Of a stretch of 64,000 nt of DNA, positions 28,270 through 37,696 are shown one piece after another. The stretch comes from Chloroflexota bacterium. Lineage in GTDB: Bacteria; Chloroflexota; Limnocylindria; Limnocylindrales; CSP1-4. The notes under the pieces are model-generated. The model made no database searches, was not told where the DNA came from, and worked only from the letters and a program-made list of their open reading frames with translations. The position numbers were made by a program, and so were the translations under genes. Where the stretch lies: positions 94,793-158,792 of the forward strand of contig DAOTUU010000054.1 in NCBI GenBank assembly GCA_034436555.1. Direction: 5' to 3'. How positions within the stretch are numbered: position 1 is the first letter of the stretch; every line of letters starts with the position of its first letter.

Positions 28270-29598
28270 GTGACCTCACGCACCACGGCCGCGCACACGG
28301 GACAGCCGGCGCGTCGCAGCCGTCGCGCGCTCGCAGCCGCGTGCCTCGCGGGCGCCACGCTGCTGGGCACCTCGCTGGGCGGCGCCACGGCGCTCGCCCA
28401 GGAGCCCTCGGGCGACATCTCGTTCTTCGGCTGGGACGTCGCGGACGTCACGTCCGGCCTGGGCAAGGGTTTCGAGGCGGCCCGCGTCGCGTTCCAGGAC
28501 GCCAATCCGGGCGTGACCGTCACGTTCGACGCGGTCCCGTTCGGCGACTTCGTGTCCGCGGCCACCACCCGCGCCCGCGCGGGCGAGCTGGGCGACGTCG
28601 TGGAGATGCTCCCCGGTCTCAACCATGCGCCCGTGTTCGACGCGCTCGCGCCGACCACGAAGGCCGACTGGGGCGCGCTCGGGGATGAGCTGACCGGCTG
28701 GGCCGGCGGCGTCATCGACCCGGCGGACCCGGACACGTTCGCGGGCGTGCCGATCGGTGGCCAGGGCGTCATCTGGTACTACAACAAGGCGCTGTTCGAG
28801 CAGGCGGGCCTGGACCCGGCCGCCCCGCCCCAGACGTGGGCGGAGTTCGCGGATGCCGCGAACAAGCTCAAGGAGGCGGGCATCACGCCGATCGCGGCGT
28901 CCGGTGTGGACTCGTTCCTCGCCTGGTGGGCCTGGTCCAGCTTCTCGCCCCAGTACTTCACCGCGGATGACGTGCTCAAGATCCGCTCCGGCGAGATCCC
29001 GCTGAACGATCCGCGCGTGCTCGCGTCGCTCCAGCCGGTCCAGGAGATGTTCGCCAACGGCTGGTGGAACGCGGACTATGCGGACAAGGCGTTCACGGAC
29101 ATGGAGTCGGCGTTCATCAACGGCCAGGTCGCGATGATCCCGGGCATCATCACCTCGATCGTGAACTGGAACGTGTGGGACGCCCAGATGGGCAAGGACG
29201 CGTACGGCGTGTTCGGCGCCCCCAAGCGGGACGACGCCACGAGCGACGGGCAGTTCTTCAACCCGACCCTCATCTACGGCGTCAACGCGGCGTCCAAGAA
29301 CCCCGACACCGCGAAGGCGTTCATCGCCTTCCTCGCGTCCAAGGAGGGGCAGGAGATCCTGCTCACCAACAGCGGCCAGTTCCCCAACCGCGCGGACATC
29401 GACCTCGCGGCGGTGGCCGGCAGCGCAGGCGCGCAGGCGATCCAGGCCGTCATCGACGCGCGCGGCGCGTCGGACGTCATCCAGAACCAGTTCTCCGCGG
29501 CGGCCCAGGGTGAGGCGTTCCAGAAGCTGACCCAGGCCATCGTGTCCGGCGACCTCCAGGGCCTCCTGGACGGCATGCAGGCGCAGCAGGGGAGCTGA
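28270..29598 (+). CDS. ABC sugar transporter substrate-binding protein (family 1) with signal peptide
   Basis: The GTG start follows GGAGG, and there is a lipoprotein-like signal peptide (AAACLAGATLLGTSLGG). Confidence 0.85.
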   Translation: MTSRTTAAHTGQPARRSRRALAAACLAGATLLGTSLGGATALAQEPSGDISFFGWDVADVTSGLGKGFEAARVAFQDANPGVTVTFDAVPFGDFVSAATTRARAGELGDVVEMLPGLNHAPVFDALAPTTKADWGALGDELTGWAGGVIDPADPDTFAGVPIGGQGVIWYYNKALFEQAGLDPAAPPQTWAEFADAANKLKEAGITPIAASGVDSFLAWWAWSSFSPQYFTADDVLKIRSGEIPLNDPRVLASLQPVQEMFANGWWNADYADKAFTDMESAFINGQVAMIPGIITSIVNWNVWDAQMGKDAYGVFGAPKRDDATSDGQFFNPTLIYGVNAASKNPDTAKAFIAFLASKEGQEILLTNSGQFPNRADIDLAAVAGSAGAQAIQAVIDARGASDVIQNQFSAAAQGEAFQKLTQAIVSGDLQGLLDGMQAQQGS

Positions 29599-29622
29599 TC
29601 GGCGGCCGCTCCGGCGGTCCCC

Positions 29623-30552
29623 ATGACCCGATCGGTCGAGCCGGCCACCCGCCAGGGTGGCCGGCTCCGTTCACGGCTCCGGCTCGGCGCAGGACGCAGG
29701 GATGCGCTGCTGTTCGTGCTGCCCCTGGCGGTGCTGCTGCTGGTGTTCGTGTATGCACCCATGGCGCGCCTGGTGGCCTACTCCTTCACGGAGTACAACG
29801 GCCTCCGCCCCGCGGAGTGGGTGGGCCTCGACAACTTCCGGTTCCTGCTCGACTGGCCGGACTTCCGGCGCGCCGTCGCCAACACGGTGGTGCTCGCGTT
29901 CGGCCTGCTCGTGTGGGTCGGGCTGCCGTTCCTGCTCGCGGTGGTCCTGTTCGGCCGGCGCGGCTCGAACCTGGTGCGGGCCATCCTGTTCCTGCCCGCG
30001 CTGCTGCCCGCGCTCATCGTGGGCCGCTCGTTCCGGCTCGTGCTGGCGGAGAACGGGCCCATCAACTCGGCGCTGCACGGCATCGGCGCGGACGCGCTCG
30101 CCCAGCCCTGGCTGTCGTCCGAGACGTGGGTGCTGCCCACGCTCATCGCGGTCATCGCCTGGGCGACCATGGGCACCGGCACGCTGCTGTACTCCGCGGG
30201 GCTGGCGTCCCTCTCGCGGGACTACGTGGAGGCGGCCGTGGTGGACGGCGCGCGCTGGCATCAGCTGGTGTGGCACATCTATCGCCCCGCGCTCACACCC
30301 GTAACCCGCTTCTGGGTGCTGCTGCTGACGATCGGCACGGTGACCTCCTTCTTCCCCTGGATCCTGGGCCTGACCCAGGGCGGCCCGGGCATCGCGTCGG
30401 TGACCATCGACTACCAGGTCTATCGCTCCGGCGTCCAGACCAGCCGGCTGGGCCTCGCATCGGCGATCGCGGTCGTGGGCGTCGTCGTCATCGCGATCCT
30501 GCTCGCGGGCCAGCTGGCGCTGCGCCGCATCCGCGGCCAGGACGACTGGTGA
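29623..30552 (+). CDS. ABC sugar transporter permease (MalF/UgpA-type)
   Basis: It has six transmembrane segments and an EAA motif region. Confidence 0.85.
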   Translation: MTRSVEPATRQGGRLRSRLRLGAGRRDALLFVLPLAVLLLVFVYAPMARLVAYSFTEYNGLRPAEWVGLDNFRFLLDWPDFRRAVANTVVLAFGLLVWVGLPFLLAVVLFGRRGSNLVRAILFLPALLPALIVGRSFRLVLAENGPINSALHGIGADALAQPWLSSETWVLPTLIAVIAWATMGTGTLLYSAGLASLSRDYVEAAVVDGARWHQLVWHIYRPALTPVTRFWVLLLTIGTVTSFFPWILGLTQGGPGIASVTIDYQVYRSGVQTSRLGLASAIAVVGVVVIAILLAGQLALRRIRGQDDW

Positions 30553-30562
30553 GCGACGTGGC

Positions 30563-31390
30563 ATGAAGGAGGGGCGCGCGCTCCGCTGGGGCTCCCGCAT
30601 CGTGATGGCCGTGGCGGTCGTCGCGGTGCTGTTCCCGCTCATCTGGGTGGTGCGGGTCGCGACCAAGACCGAGGACGGCTTCATCTCCGACCCGGCCAGC
30701 CTGGGCGGCGGCTTCACCCTGGACAACTTCGGGCGTGCCTGGGATGCGGTGGACCTGGGCGGCGCCATCCTCGATTCGCTGTCCATCACGCTGCCCGGCG
30801 CCGCGCTCGCCACGTTCGTGGGGGTGCTGGCGGGCTACGCCTTCGCGAAGCTGCCGGTCCCGGCGCGTCGCCTGCTGCTGGTGCTGGCGGTGGGCGGCCT
30901 GACCATCCCCATCGCGGCGCTGGTCATCCCCCAGTTCGACCAGGCGCTGATCCTGGGCTACCTGGACACGCGCTGGGGCGTGATCCTGGTCTACGGCAGC
31001 TTCTTCGCGAGCTGGAGCAGCCTGTTCTTCTTCAGCTACTTCAAGGACCTGCCGGGCGACCTGCTGGAGGCCGCCTCGCTGGATGGTGCGAGCGCGTCCC
31101 GCGCGTTCTGGGCGGTCGCCCTGCCGCTCGCGGGACCGGCCGTGGCGGTGGGCTTCGTGCTCAACGTGTTCCTCCAGTGGAGCGAGCTGCTGCTGGGCCT
31201 CATCCTGCTGCCCGGCGGCGATGTGACCACCGCGATGACCGCCATCGCCACGTTCTCCACCCAGTTCCGCACCGGCGGCCCGCTCACCGCGGCGGCCACG
31301 GTCATCGTGGCGCTGCCCATCTTCCTGCTGTTCATCGGCGCCCAGCGGTATCTCCGGACGGAGATCTTCGGCGGCTCGATCAAGGGCTGA
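30563..31390 (+). CDS. ABC sugar transporter permease (MalG/UgpE-type)
   Basis: It has six transmembrane segments and an EAAxLDGA motif. Confidence 0.85.
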   Translation: MKEGRALRWGSRIVMAVAVVAVLFPLIWVVRVATKTEDGFISDPASLGGGFTLDNFGRAWDAVDLGGAILDSLSITLPGAALATFVGVLAGYAFAKLPVPARRLLLVLAVGGLTIPIAALVIPQFDQALILGYLDTRWGVILVYGSFFASWSSLFFFSYFKDLPGDLLEAASLDGASASRAFWAVALPLAGPAVAVGFVLNVFLQWSELLLGLILLPGGDVTTAMTAIATFSTQFRTGGPLTAAATVIVALPIFLLFIGAQRYLRTEIFGGSIKG

Positions 31391-31402
31391 GAAAGGACCA
31401 CG

Positions 31403-33886
31403 ATGACCGCACCCACCTTCCGCAACCTGCTGGACCACCCGCTGTCGGTGCCCGACTGGGAGCTCGTCCCGGCCTCGCCCATCCGGACCGACGGTCGGTC
31501 GATGTGGCGCACGGTGGACGGTGATGCGTCGGCCGACCGGATCGTCCATGCGCGCGCGGTGCAGGGGGTGTCGGGGCCGCTGCGCCTGGAGCGGGTCGGC
31601 CTGCGCCGGGGGGTCGGCTACCACAAGTGCGCCAGCTCCCAGGAGTGGGATGCGCCGGCGCGCGTGCGCCTCCTGGCCCACCGGGACGGCGCGCTCCACG
31701 AGGTCGGGGCCTGGACGCTCGACGCGCCGCCCGCACCGGATGAGATTCGCTGGTTCGACGCGTCGGTCACCTCCGAGCTGCTGATCGCGATCGTGGAGGA
31801 TGCGTTCATCGATCGGGGCTGGCCCTCGTGGAACCTGGCGCGGACCGGGTTGGTGCTCGACGGGGCCGCCACGACCCCTTGGCGGCGCCCGGCGTACGGG
31901 CTGCTGGAACCGGTCGGATCGGCCACGGGGGAGGTGGCGCCGGGGGTCCACGCCGAGATGCGCCACGACGAGATCCGCTTCCGCACGCGCTTCCTGGAGG
32001 TGGGCTTCCGCCTGCGCAGCGCCGCCCTGTCGTTCCTGTCGCTGGACGTGGACGGGGCCGGGCGGACCGAACGCAACCTCGTGCAGCTGCCGCGGTCGAT
32101 GGACATCGTGCGCACCGGACTCTATCCGGCGGGGGTCTATCCGGTGCTGCGCGACGCCCAGGCGGGCTACCTCGCGAACGGGCCGCGGCTCACGCTTCTC
32201 GACGGTCGCGAGCCGGCGGGCTTCCTGGCGACCGAGACGCGGGGCACGGTCAGCCTGGACGGGGCGAGCGTCACGTACGACCTGGCGCTGGGGGACGCAG
32301 GCGTGCGCTACCGGCTGCGCTGGACGGTCGCCGAGGACGGTCTCCGGCTGGACCTGGAGCGTGATGTGGATGCGCCGCTGATGGCGTGGCAGAGCGCGGC
32401 GTGGCAGGTGCCGCTGAACAACCGGATGGCGATGTCCACCCTCCTGGGGCCGCTGGTGCGAGAGGGGCAGACCGGGCTCGTGGCGGCCCCCGCCACGTGG
32501 CACGTCCCGGCGTTCGGGTCGTTCGTGATCGAGGCGGACGGGGACGTGCGGCTGCGCAGCGATTCGGTGCGGCCGCTGGACACGAACACGCTCGAGATCA
32601 GGCTCGCGGAGGCGCCCCGGCCGGACGGGAGCGTCGCCATCGCCGCGGGTCGCGCGACCGGGTCGGTGCGGTTCGCGGTGCGCACGCCCCGGCTCGTCGC
32701 CACGAAGGCCGGCACGCCCGGGACCGTGGCGCGGGCGCTGGACCGACACCTCGCCACCGCGCTGGCGTTCCGCGCGGACACGGCGACGCTGTCCAACAAC
32801 GGTGCCTCGATGCACTGCGCAGGCACGCTCAACCCGATCGGAGACGTCATCGCGGCGGCGCCCGCGGGCCGGGACGGCATCGACCCCGTGGCGATCCTGG
32901 AGTCGTCGCTGTCGCGCTGGCTGTCCGGGGCGCCGGGCTACGGATCGGGGAACACCTCGCGCGGCGACTTCACGATCGAGGACGAGTACCTGATGCTGGG
33001 CGCGGACGCGCTCTACGGCCTGGGCCGGCTGCTGGGCGTCACGTCGGCGGGGTGGTTCGACGCGCACGAGGAGCGGATCGGCCGTGCCATCGGGGCGATG
33101 CGCGCCCGCGACCTGGACGGGGACGGCCTGGTGGAGAGCCCCCACCGACGGGGTGTGACCGGCGAGCACCAGTGGAGCACCACCTGGGCGGACGTCGTGT
33201 CGATGGGCTGGAAGGACGCCTGGTCGAACGCCGTGCTGTACGCGGCGCTGGGACTGCTGGCCGCGGGGTTCCGGCGCTTCGGGCGGGAGGCCGCGGCGGC
33301 CGACCTGGACCGCTGGGCGGGGCGGCTGCGCGCGGCCTATGCACCGACGTTCCTGGATGATCGCACCGGCTGGCTCATCGGGTGGCGCTCGCCGGACGGC
33401 ACGCCCCATGACTCCTGCCACGTCCAGCTCAACGGGGACGCGGTGGCGGCCGGGCTGCTGGACCCTGCGCCGGCGCGGCGTGTGATGGAGCGGGTGTGGG
33501 CCGAGCTGGAGCGGGTGGGCTACACCGACCTCGCGAACGGACTGCCGATCAACCTCCACCCGGTGGCGGAGGATGACCTGGGCGGGGTGGTGTTCGGGCT
33601 GCCCATCGGCGGGTACCTCCAGGGCGGGGCCTCGCACCACCGCACGGGCGGGTTCGTGCAGGCGCTGTACGACGTGGGCATGACCGCCGAGGGGGACCGG
33701 CTGCTGGAGGCGCTGTGCTCGTCGGTGGCGGACGACTCCTCGTTCGGGGGGATCGGCACGGGACGTGACTGGCGGCTGTGGGACGGCACGCCGAGCGGCT
33801 ACGAGGGGCTCCTGGCGGAGGGGTTCGGGTTCCTCGCGGTGGCCGTGCGGCGCTGGGGTGAGGTGGCGGAGGGCGCCGCGCGCTGA
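31403..33886 (+). CDS. Large hypothetical protein (827 aa), putative glycoside hydrolase of the sugar-utilisation operon
   Basis: It is in operon position after the permeases and has GC3 bias. No family was recognised. The 1165-aa antisense ORF is rejected. Confidence 0.6.
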   Translation: MTAPTFRNLLDHPLSVPDWELVPASPIRTDGRSMWRTVDGDASADRIVHARAVQGVSGPLRLERVGLRRGVGYHKCASSQEWDAPARVRLLAHRDGALHEVGAWTLDAPPAPDEIRWFDASVTSELLIAIVEDAFIDRGWPSWNLARTGLVLDGAATTPWRRPAYGLLEPVGSATGEVAPGVHAEMRHDEIRFRTRFLEVGFRLRSAALSFLSLDVDGAGRTERNLVQLPRSMDIVRTGLYPAGVYPVLRDAQAGYLANGPRLTLLDGREPAGFLATETRGTVSLDGASVTYDLALGDAGVRYRLRWTVAEDGLRLDLERDVDAPLMAWQSAAWQVPLNNRMAMSTLLGPLVREGQTGLVAAPATWHVPAFGSFVIEADGDVRLRSDSVRPLDTNTLEIRLAEAPRPDGSVAIAAGRATGSVRFAVRTPRLVATKAGTPGTVARALDRHLATALAFRADTATLSNNGASMHCAGTLNPIGDVIAAAPAGRDGIDPVAILESSLSRWLSGAPGYGSGNTSRGDFTIEDEYLMLGADALYGLGRLLGVTSAGWFDAHEERIGRAIGAMRARDLDGDGLVESPHRRGVTGEHQWSTTWADVVSMGWKDAWSNAVLYAALGLLAAGFRRFGREAAAADLDRWAGRLRAAYAPTFLDDRTGWLIGWRSPDGTPHDSCHVQLNGDAVAAGLLDPAPARRVMERVWAELERVGYTDLANGLPINLHPVAEDDLGGVVFGLPIGGYLQGGASHHRTGGFVQALYDVGMTAEGDRLLEALCSSVADDSSFGGIGTGRDWRLWDGTPSGYEGLLAEGFGFLAVAVRRWGEVAEGAAR

Positions 33887-33953
33887 GCCCCGGCCCCGGC
33901 CCCGGCCCCCCGGCCCCCCGGTCCCGGCCCTGATGCCCTCGCTCGCCGCGGGC

Positions 33954-34439
33954 CTACTCCCGGTCGCGCTCCCGCTCGATGTCACGGCGTGACCGCACGA
34001 CCATCACCGGCACGGTGCTGTTGCGGACGACGAAGTCGGACGTGGAGCCCATCAGCATCCGGCCCACGCCGCCGCGCCCGGTGGTCCCCATCACGATGAT
34101 GTCGGCCGACTCCGCCTCTGCTGCCGCGATGATGGTCTCGCCGGGGTCGCCCTCCCAGATGATGGACTGCGCCTCCACGCCCCACTCGCTCGCGTGCTCC
34201 AGCACCGAATCGGTGGTCTCCTGCGCCTCGGTGATCTCTTCGTCCTCCTCTCGCGAGGAGGACCGACGACTGTCGGGTTCGTCTGGGGATTCCCCGTCCT
34301 CGGTGGTCCCTTCCGGGACGACGCTCAGGACCAGGAGTCTGGCGCCGGTGTCGTGCGCCAGGTCCAGGGCCGCCTCGACCGCACCATCCGAATCGCTGGT
34401 GCCGTCGGTCGCCACAAGGACCGTCTGGAAGCGTGTCAT
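33954..34439 (-). CDS. Universal stress protein (UspA family)
   Basis: It has VLVATDGSDSDGAVEAA...ADIIVMGTTGRGG and an acidic disordered insert. The start is set at MTRFQTV. Confidence 0.8.
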   Translation of the reverse strand: MTRFQTVLVATDGTSDSDGAVEAALDLAHDTGARLLVLSVVPEGTTEDGESPDEPDSRRSSSREEDEEITEAQETTDSVLEHASEWGVEAQSIIWEGDPGETIIAAAEAESADIIVMGTTGRGGVGRMLMGSTSDFVVRNSTVPVMVVRSRRDIERERDRE

Positions 34440-34554
34440 GCCTGCCTCGTGCGTGCGGGGCGGCGATGACTGCGGTGCGCCCCGCGAGGCGCCATCGTCC
34501 CACCTCGCGGCCTTCCGCGTCGAGGGGTGCCGCAGGCCGCGTCGCGCTGCTCCG

Positions 34555-35155
34555 GGGGTCGGACGACATGTCGACCGCGCTGGACCGCGGCGCCGCCCCC
34601 CGCCGCCCGGCCGCCGCGCCGCCCCGGCGACCGGACGACATGTCGACCGCGGTGGACCGCGGGGGACCCTGGCGCCGCCCCGCGCCGCCCGGCCGCCGCG
34701 CACCCCCGGCGACCGGACGACATGTCGACCGCGGTGGGCCGCGGCGCCGCCCCGCGCCGCCCGGCCGCCGAGCTACCCCGCGGGTCGGTCGACATGTCGA
34801 CCGCGGGGGGACCGCGCTGGACCGCGGCGCCGCCCCCCGCCGCCCGGCCGCCGCGCCGCCCCCGGCGACCGGACGACATGTCGACCGCGGTGGGCCGCGG
34901 CGCCGCCCCGCGCCGCCCGGCCGCCGAGCCACCCCGCGGGTCGGTCGACATGTCGACCGCGGGGGGACCGCGCTGGACCGCTGCGCCGCCCGGCCGCCGC
35001 GCACCCCCGGCGACCGGACGACATGTCGACCGCGGTGGGCCGCGGCGCCGCCCCCCTCCGCCGGGCCGCGGTGGGCCGCGGCGCCGCCCCCCTCCGCCCG
35101 GCCGCGCTGGACCGCGGCGCCGCCCCCCGCCGCCCGGCCGCGGTCACCCGAGATC
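34555..35155. repeat. Tandem repeat array of about 600 bp, with alternating units of about 72 and 83 bp (about 4 dimers), each carrying a GTCGACATGTCGAC-type palindromic core; MIRU/VNTR-like
   Basis: The core acatgtcgaccgcgg recurs at 34566, 34638, 34720, 34792, 34876, 34948 and 35021. The perfect palindrome ggtcgacatgtcgacc alternates with the imperfect ggacgacatgtcgacc. Confidence 0.8.
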
Positions 35156-35250
35156 CCGCTACCGGTCGCGCGCGTTCTGCACTACCATCGGGCCGCGCTC
35201 CCTGCCGGGACCGCCGTCATCGTCAACGCGCGGAGCCAGAGCCCGGACCG

Positions 35251-36270
35251 ATGCCGAACCTGCCCATCTCCCGACCGCACATGCCCCGCCCGGTCCGTCT
35301 GCGCTCGCACCGCGCATCGACGGAGCCGGCAGCCGCCCCTGCCGTGCGACGGGATGTCGTGGCCAGTTCCGCGCTGCGCTGGATCAACATCGAGCGACCC
35401 CAGGCGGCGGACGGCGAGTGGCTGCTCAAGGAGTTCGGGTTCCACCCGCTGGACCTGGAGGACGTGTTCTCCCGAAACCAGCGTCCCAAGCTGGACACGT
35501 ACGATGAGTACCTGTTCCTCGTGATGCAGTTCCCGACCTATGAGAAGGCGCGTCGTCGACTCATCAGCGTCGAGCTGGACGTGTTCATCGGGCCCGACTA
35601 CCTGGTCACGCTGCCGAACCACGAGCTGCCCCCGCTGGAGGCGCTGTTCGAGCGATTCGGGGAGCGGGAGGACCTGCGCGACAGCACGTTCGCCAAGGGC
35701 TCCGGCTACCTGCTGTATCGCATCATCGACGCGTGTGTGGATTCGAGCTTCCCGATGCTGCGCAAGATGGGCCTCCGCCTGGACGGCATGGAGGATGACA
35801 TCTTCGAGCAGGAGCGCACCGAGCAGAACGTGCGGGAGCTCAACGACCTGAAGCTGGAGATCATCTCATTCCGGCGCATCGTGCGTCCCCAGCGCGCGGT
35901 GCTGCGCGACCTGGAGCGCTCCAAGCAGCGCTATCTCGCAGAGGAGATGGACATCTACTTCGATGACATCTCGGACGCGGCAGAACGGATCTGGGACATC
36001 CTGGAGAACTACAAGGAGGTCATCGAGTCGCTCGAATCCACCAACGAGTCGGTGCTGTCCCATCGCCTCAACGACGCCATCAAGGTGCTGAACGCGGTGA
36101 GCGTGCTGGTGCTGCCCGCAACGCTCATCGCGAGCATCTGGGGCATGAACGTGTGGCTGCCCGGCGGCACGGACAACGGGTCGCTCGACAGCTTCGTGCT
36201 CCTGATGGTGGTGATGCTGGGCACGATCGTGTTCACGGTCGTGTTCATGCGCCGAAAGGGCTGGCTGTAA
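35251..36270 (+). CDS. corA: CorA-family magnesium/cobalt transporter
   Basis: It has the GMN signature (IWGMNVW), two C-terminal transmembrane segments and an acidic N-terminal domain. The start is set after the repeat array. Confidence 0.85.
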   Translation: MPNLPISRPHMPRPVRLRSHRASTEPAAAPAVRRDVVASSALRWINIERPQAADGEWLLKEFGFHPLDLEDVFSRNQRPKLDTYDEYLFLVMQFPTYEKARRRLISVELDVFIGPDYLVTLPNHELPPLEALFERFGEREDLRDSTFAKGSGYLLYRIIDACVDSSFPMLRKMGLRLDGMEDDIFEQERTEQNVRELNDLKLEIISFRRIVRPQRAVLRDLERSKQRYLAEEMDIYFDDISDAAERIWDILENYKEVIESLESTNESVLSHRLNDAIKVLNAVSVLVLPATLIASIWGMNVWLPGGTDNGSLDSFVLLMVVMLGTIVFTVVFMRRKGWL

Positions 36271-36273
36271 CCC

Positions 36274-37512
36274 TTGACCGCTGCCGAGCCGGTCGCAGGT
36301 CCCGGACCAGGCCCGGACCAGCCCCAGGTCGAGCTGCTGGGTGTGCCACCGGGCACGCCTCGCTTCGCGCCGCTCCGGCTGCCCAGCGCCCCATTCTGGG
36401 TGGTGGTCATCGGCGTCCTCGCGGCGAGCGTCGTGCTGGTCCTGTCGGTGCACGCCCTGTTCGTGTTCATGATCGGCGCCGCGCTCTCGTTCTTCCTCGT
36501 GCCGGTCGTGAACTGGCTCCAGGCGAAGGGCGTGCCGCGCATCGGGGCGGCCATCCTGGTGGTGGCGACGCTGGTGATCGTGACGCTCGTGGGACTGGCC
36601 GTGATCACCATCATCCTCGTGGATCAGGGGACCGCGTTCCTTGCGGCGCTGCCCACCCTCCTTGCGGACATCGAGGCGCAGCTGGGGTCGGCCGACCTCC
36701 CCGCCTGGCTGGAGGATGCCCTCGCGTCGATCAGCGCGAGCCTCCAGGCCTCAACCTCGCAGGCGACCGCGGGGACGCTGATCCTCGGGGTGCTTCAGGG
36801 CGTGCTGGGCATGCTCGGGTTCCTGTTCAGCCTCATGCTGCTGCCGTTCTTCCTGTTCTACCTGCTCAAGGACCAGCCGAAGATGGCGCACACCTTCTAC
36901 GCGAAGGTGCCGCTGCCATGGAAGGCGGACGTGAGCCGGATGATCACGATCTTCGTCGAGGACTTCGCGACCTATTTCAAGGCGGAGCTGATGGTCGGGT
37001 CCATCATGTTCTGCATCGTGTCGATCGGCATGTTCGCGATCGGGACGATCATCCCGGATGCGCACATCCTCGTGGAGTTCGCGCTGCTGCTGGGGCTCGC
37101 CGCGTTCGTGTTCGAGCTCATCCCCCAGATCGGCCCGATCCTGTCCTATATCCCGGCCCTGCTCCTCGCCCTGACGGTGAGCCCCGTGGCGGTGGTCGTG
37201 GTGTCCGTGTTCTATTTCATCGCGTTCAACATCGAGGGGTCGATCCTGGTGCCCACGTTCCAGGGGCGGATGATCAGCTTCAGCGGTGCCAGCGTGCTCG
37301 TGCTCATCGCCATCGGGTTCGCCCTGGCAGGGATCATCGGGGCGATCATCGCGCTTCCCGTGGCGGCCATCACCCGCGACATCTTCGGGTTGTTCTTCGT
37401 GCGCGCCCAGGAGTTCGCGGGGCTGCCGCCGACCCCCGATGCGCTCCCCGTGGCGATGCAGGATGCGGCGGCTGCCGCGACCGACGGCGGACTCGCTCCG
37501 GCCGGCGGCTGA
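36274..37512 (+). CDS. AI-2E-family transporter (PerM/YdiK-like permease)
   Basis: It has eight transmembrane segments and the family motif LPFFLFYLLKD. There is a TTG/alternative start. Confidence 0.8.
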   Translation: MTAAEPVAGPGPGPDQPQVELLGVPPGTPRFAPLRLPSAPFWVVVIGVLAASVVLVLSVHALFVFMIGAALSFFLVPVVNWLQAKGVPRIGAAILVVATLVIVTLVGLAVITIILVDQGTAFLAALPTLLADIEAQLGSADLPAWLEDALASISASLQASTSQATAGTLILGVLQGVLGMLGFLFSLMLLPFFLFYLLKDQPKMAHTFYAKVPLPWKADVSRMITIFVEDFATYFKAELMVGSIMFCIVSIGMFAIGTIIPDAHILVEFALLLGLAAFVFELIPQIGPILSYIPALLLALTVSPVAVVVVSVFYFIAFNIEGSILVPTFQGRMISFSGASVLVLIAIGFALAGIIGAIIALPVAAITRDIFGLFFVRAQEFAGLPPTPDALPVAMQDAAAAATDGGLAPAGG

Positions 37513-37696
37513 CCCGATCCCTCCCCGCGGCGGGCCCGAGCTCCCCGCGGCGGGCCCCATCGTCCCCTGCGGCGGACCCCATCGTCCCCGCGGCGGACCC
37601 GGCCCCTGCGGGACATCGCCACCGCGCCGTCCCGCGCGATGGACGCGACAGGGTACGCTTGCCTGGTCGCGCCCACGAGACGGGAGGATCAGCACC

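Noticed and set aside
30488-33985. A 1165-aa complete ORF on the minus strand
   Set aside because: It runs antisense to three plus-strand genes with clear family identity (MalG-type permease, the 827-aa protein, the end of the operon). It has an Arg/Pro/Gly-rich composition and no Shine-Dalgarno or start context. It is a typical stop-codon-poor antisense frame in 72% GC DNA.
34780-34800. The ggtcgacatgtcgacc palindrome as an actinobacterial LexA/SOS box
   Set aside because: It is superficially similar to TCGAAC-N4-GTTCGA, but the half-site spacing differs (a 2-nt rather than 4-nt spacer) and the half-site is GTCGAC, not TCGAAC.
34555-35155. A possible CRISPR array
   Set aside because: The repeats are 72-83 bp. 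The intervening sequences are themselves repeated (two alternating types) rather than unique spacers. There are no cas genes or a leader. It is better described as a MIRU/VNTR-like array.
33979-36270. A 763-aa ORF fusing antisense-uspA sequence, the tandem repeat array and corA
   Set aside because: The upstream 424 aa are repeat-derived R/P/A-rich junk. CorA family proteins begin near the chosen ATG at 35251. The 155-bp repeat period is not divisible by 3.
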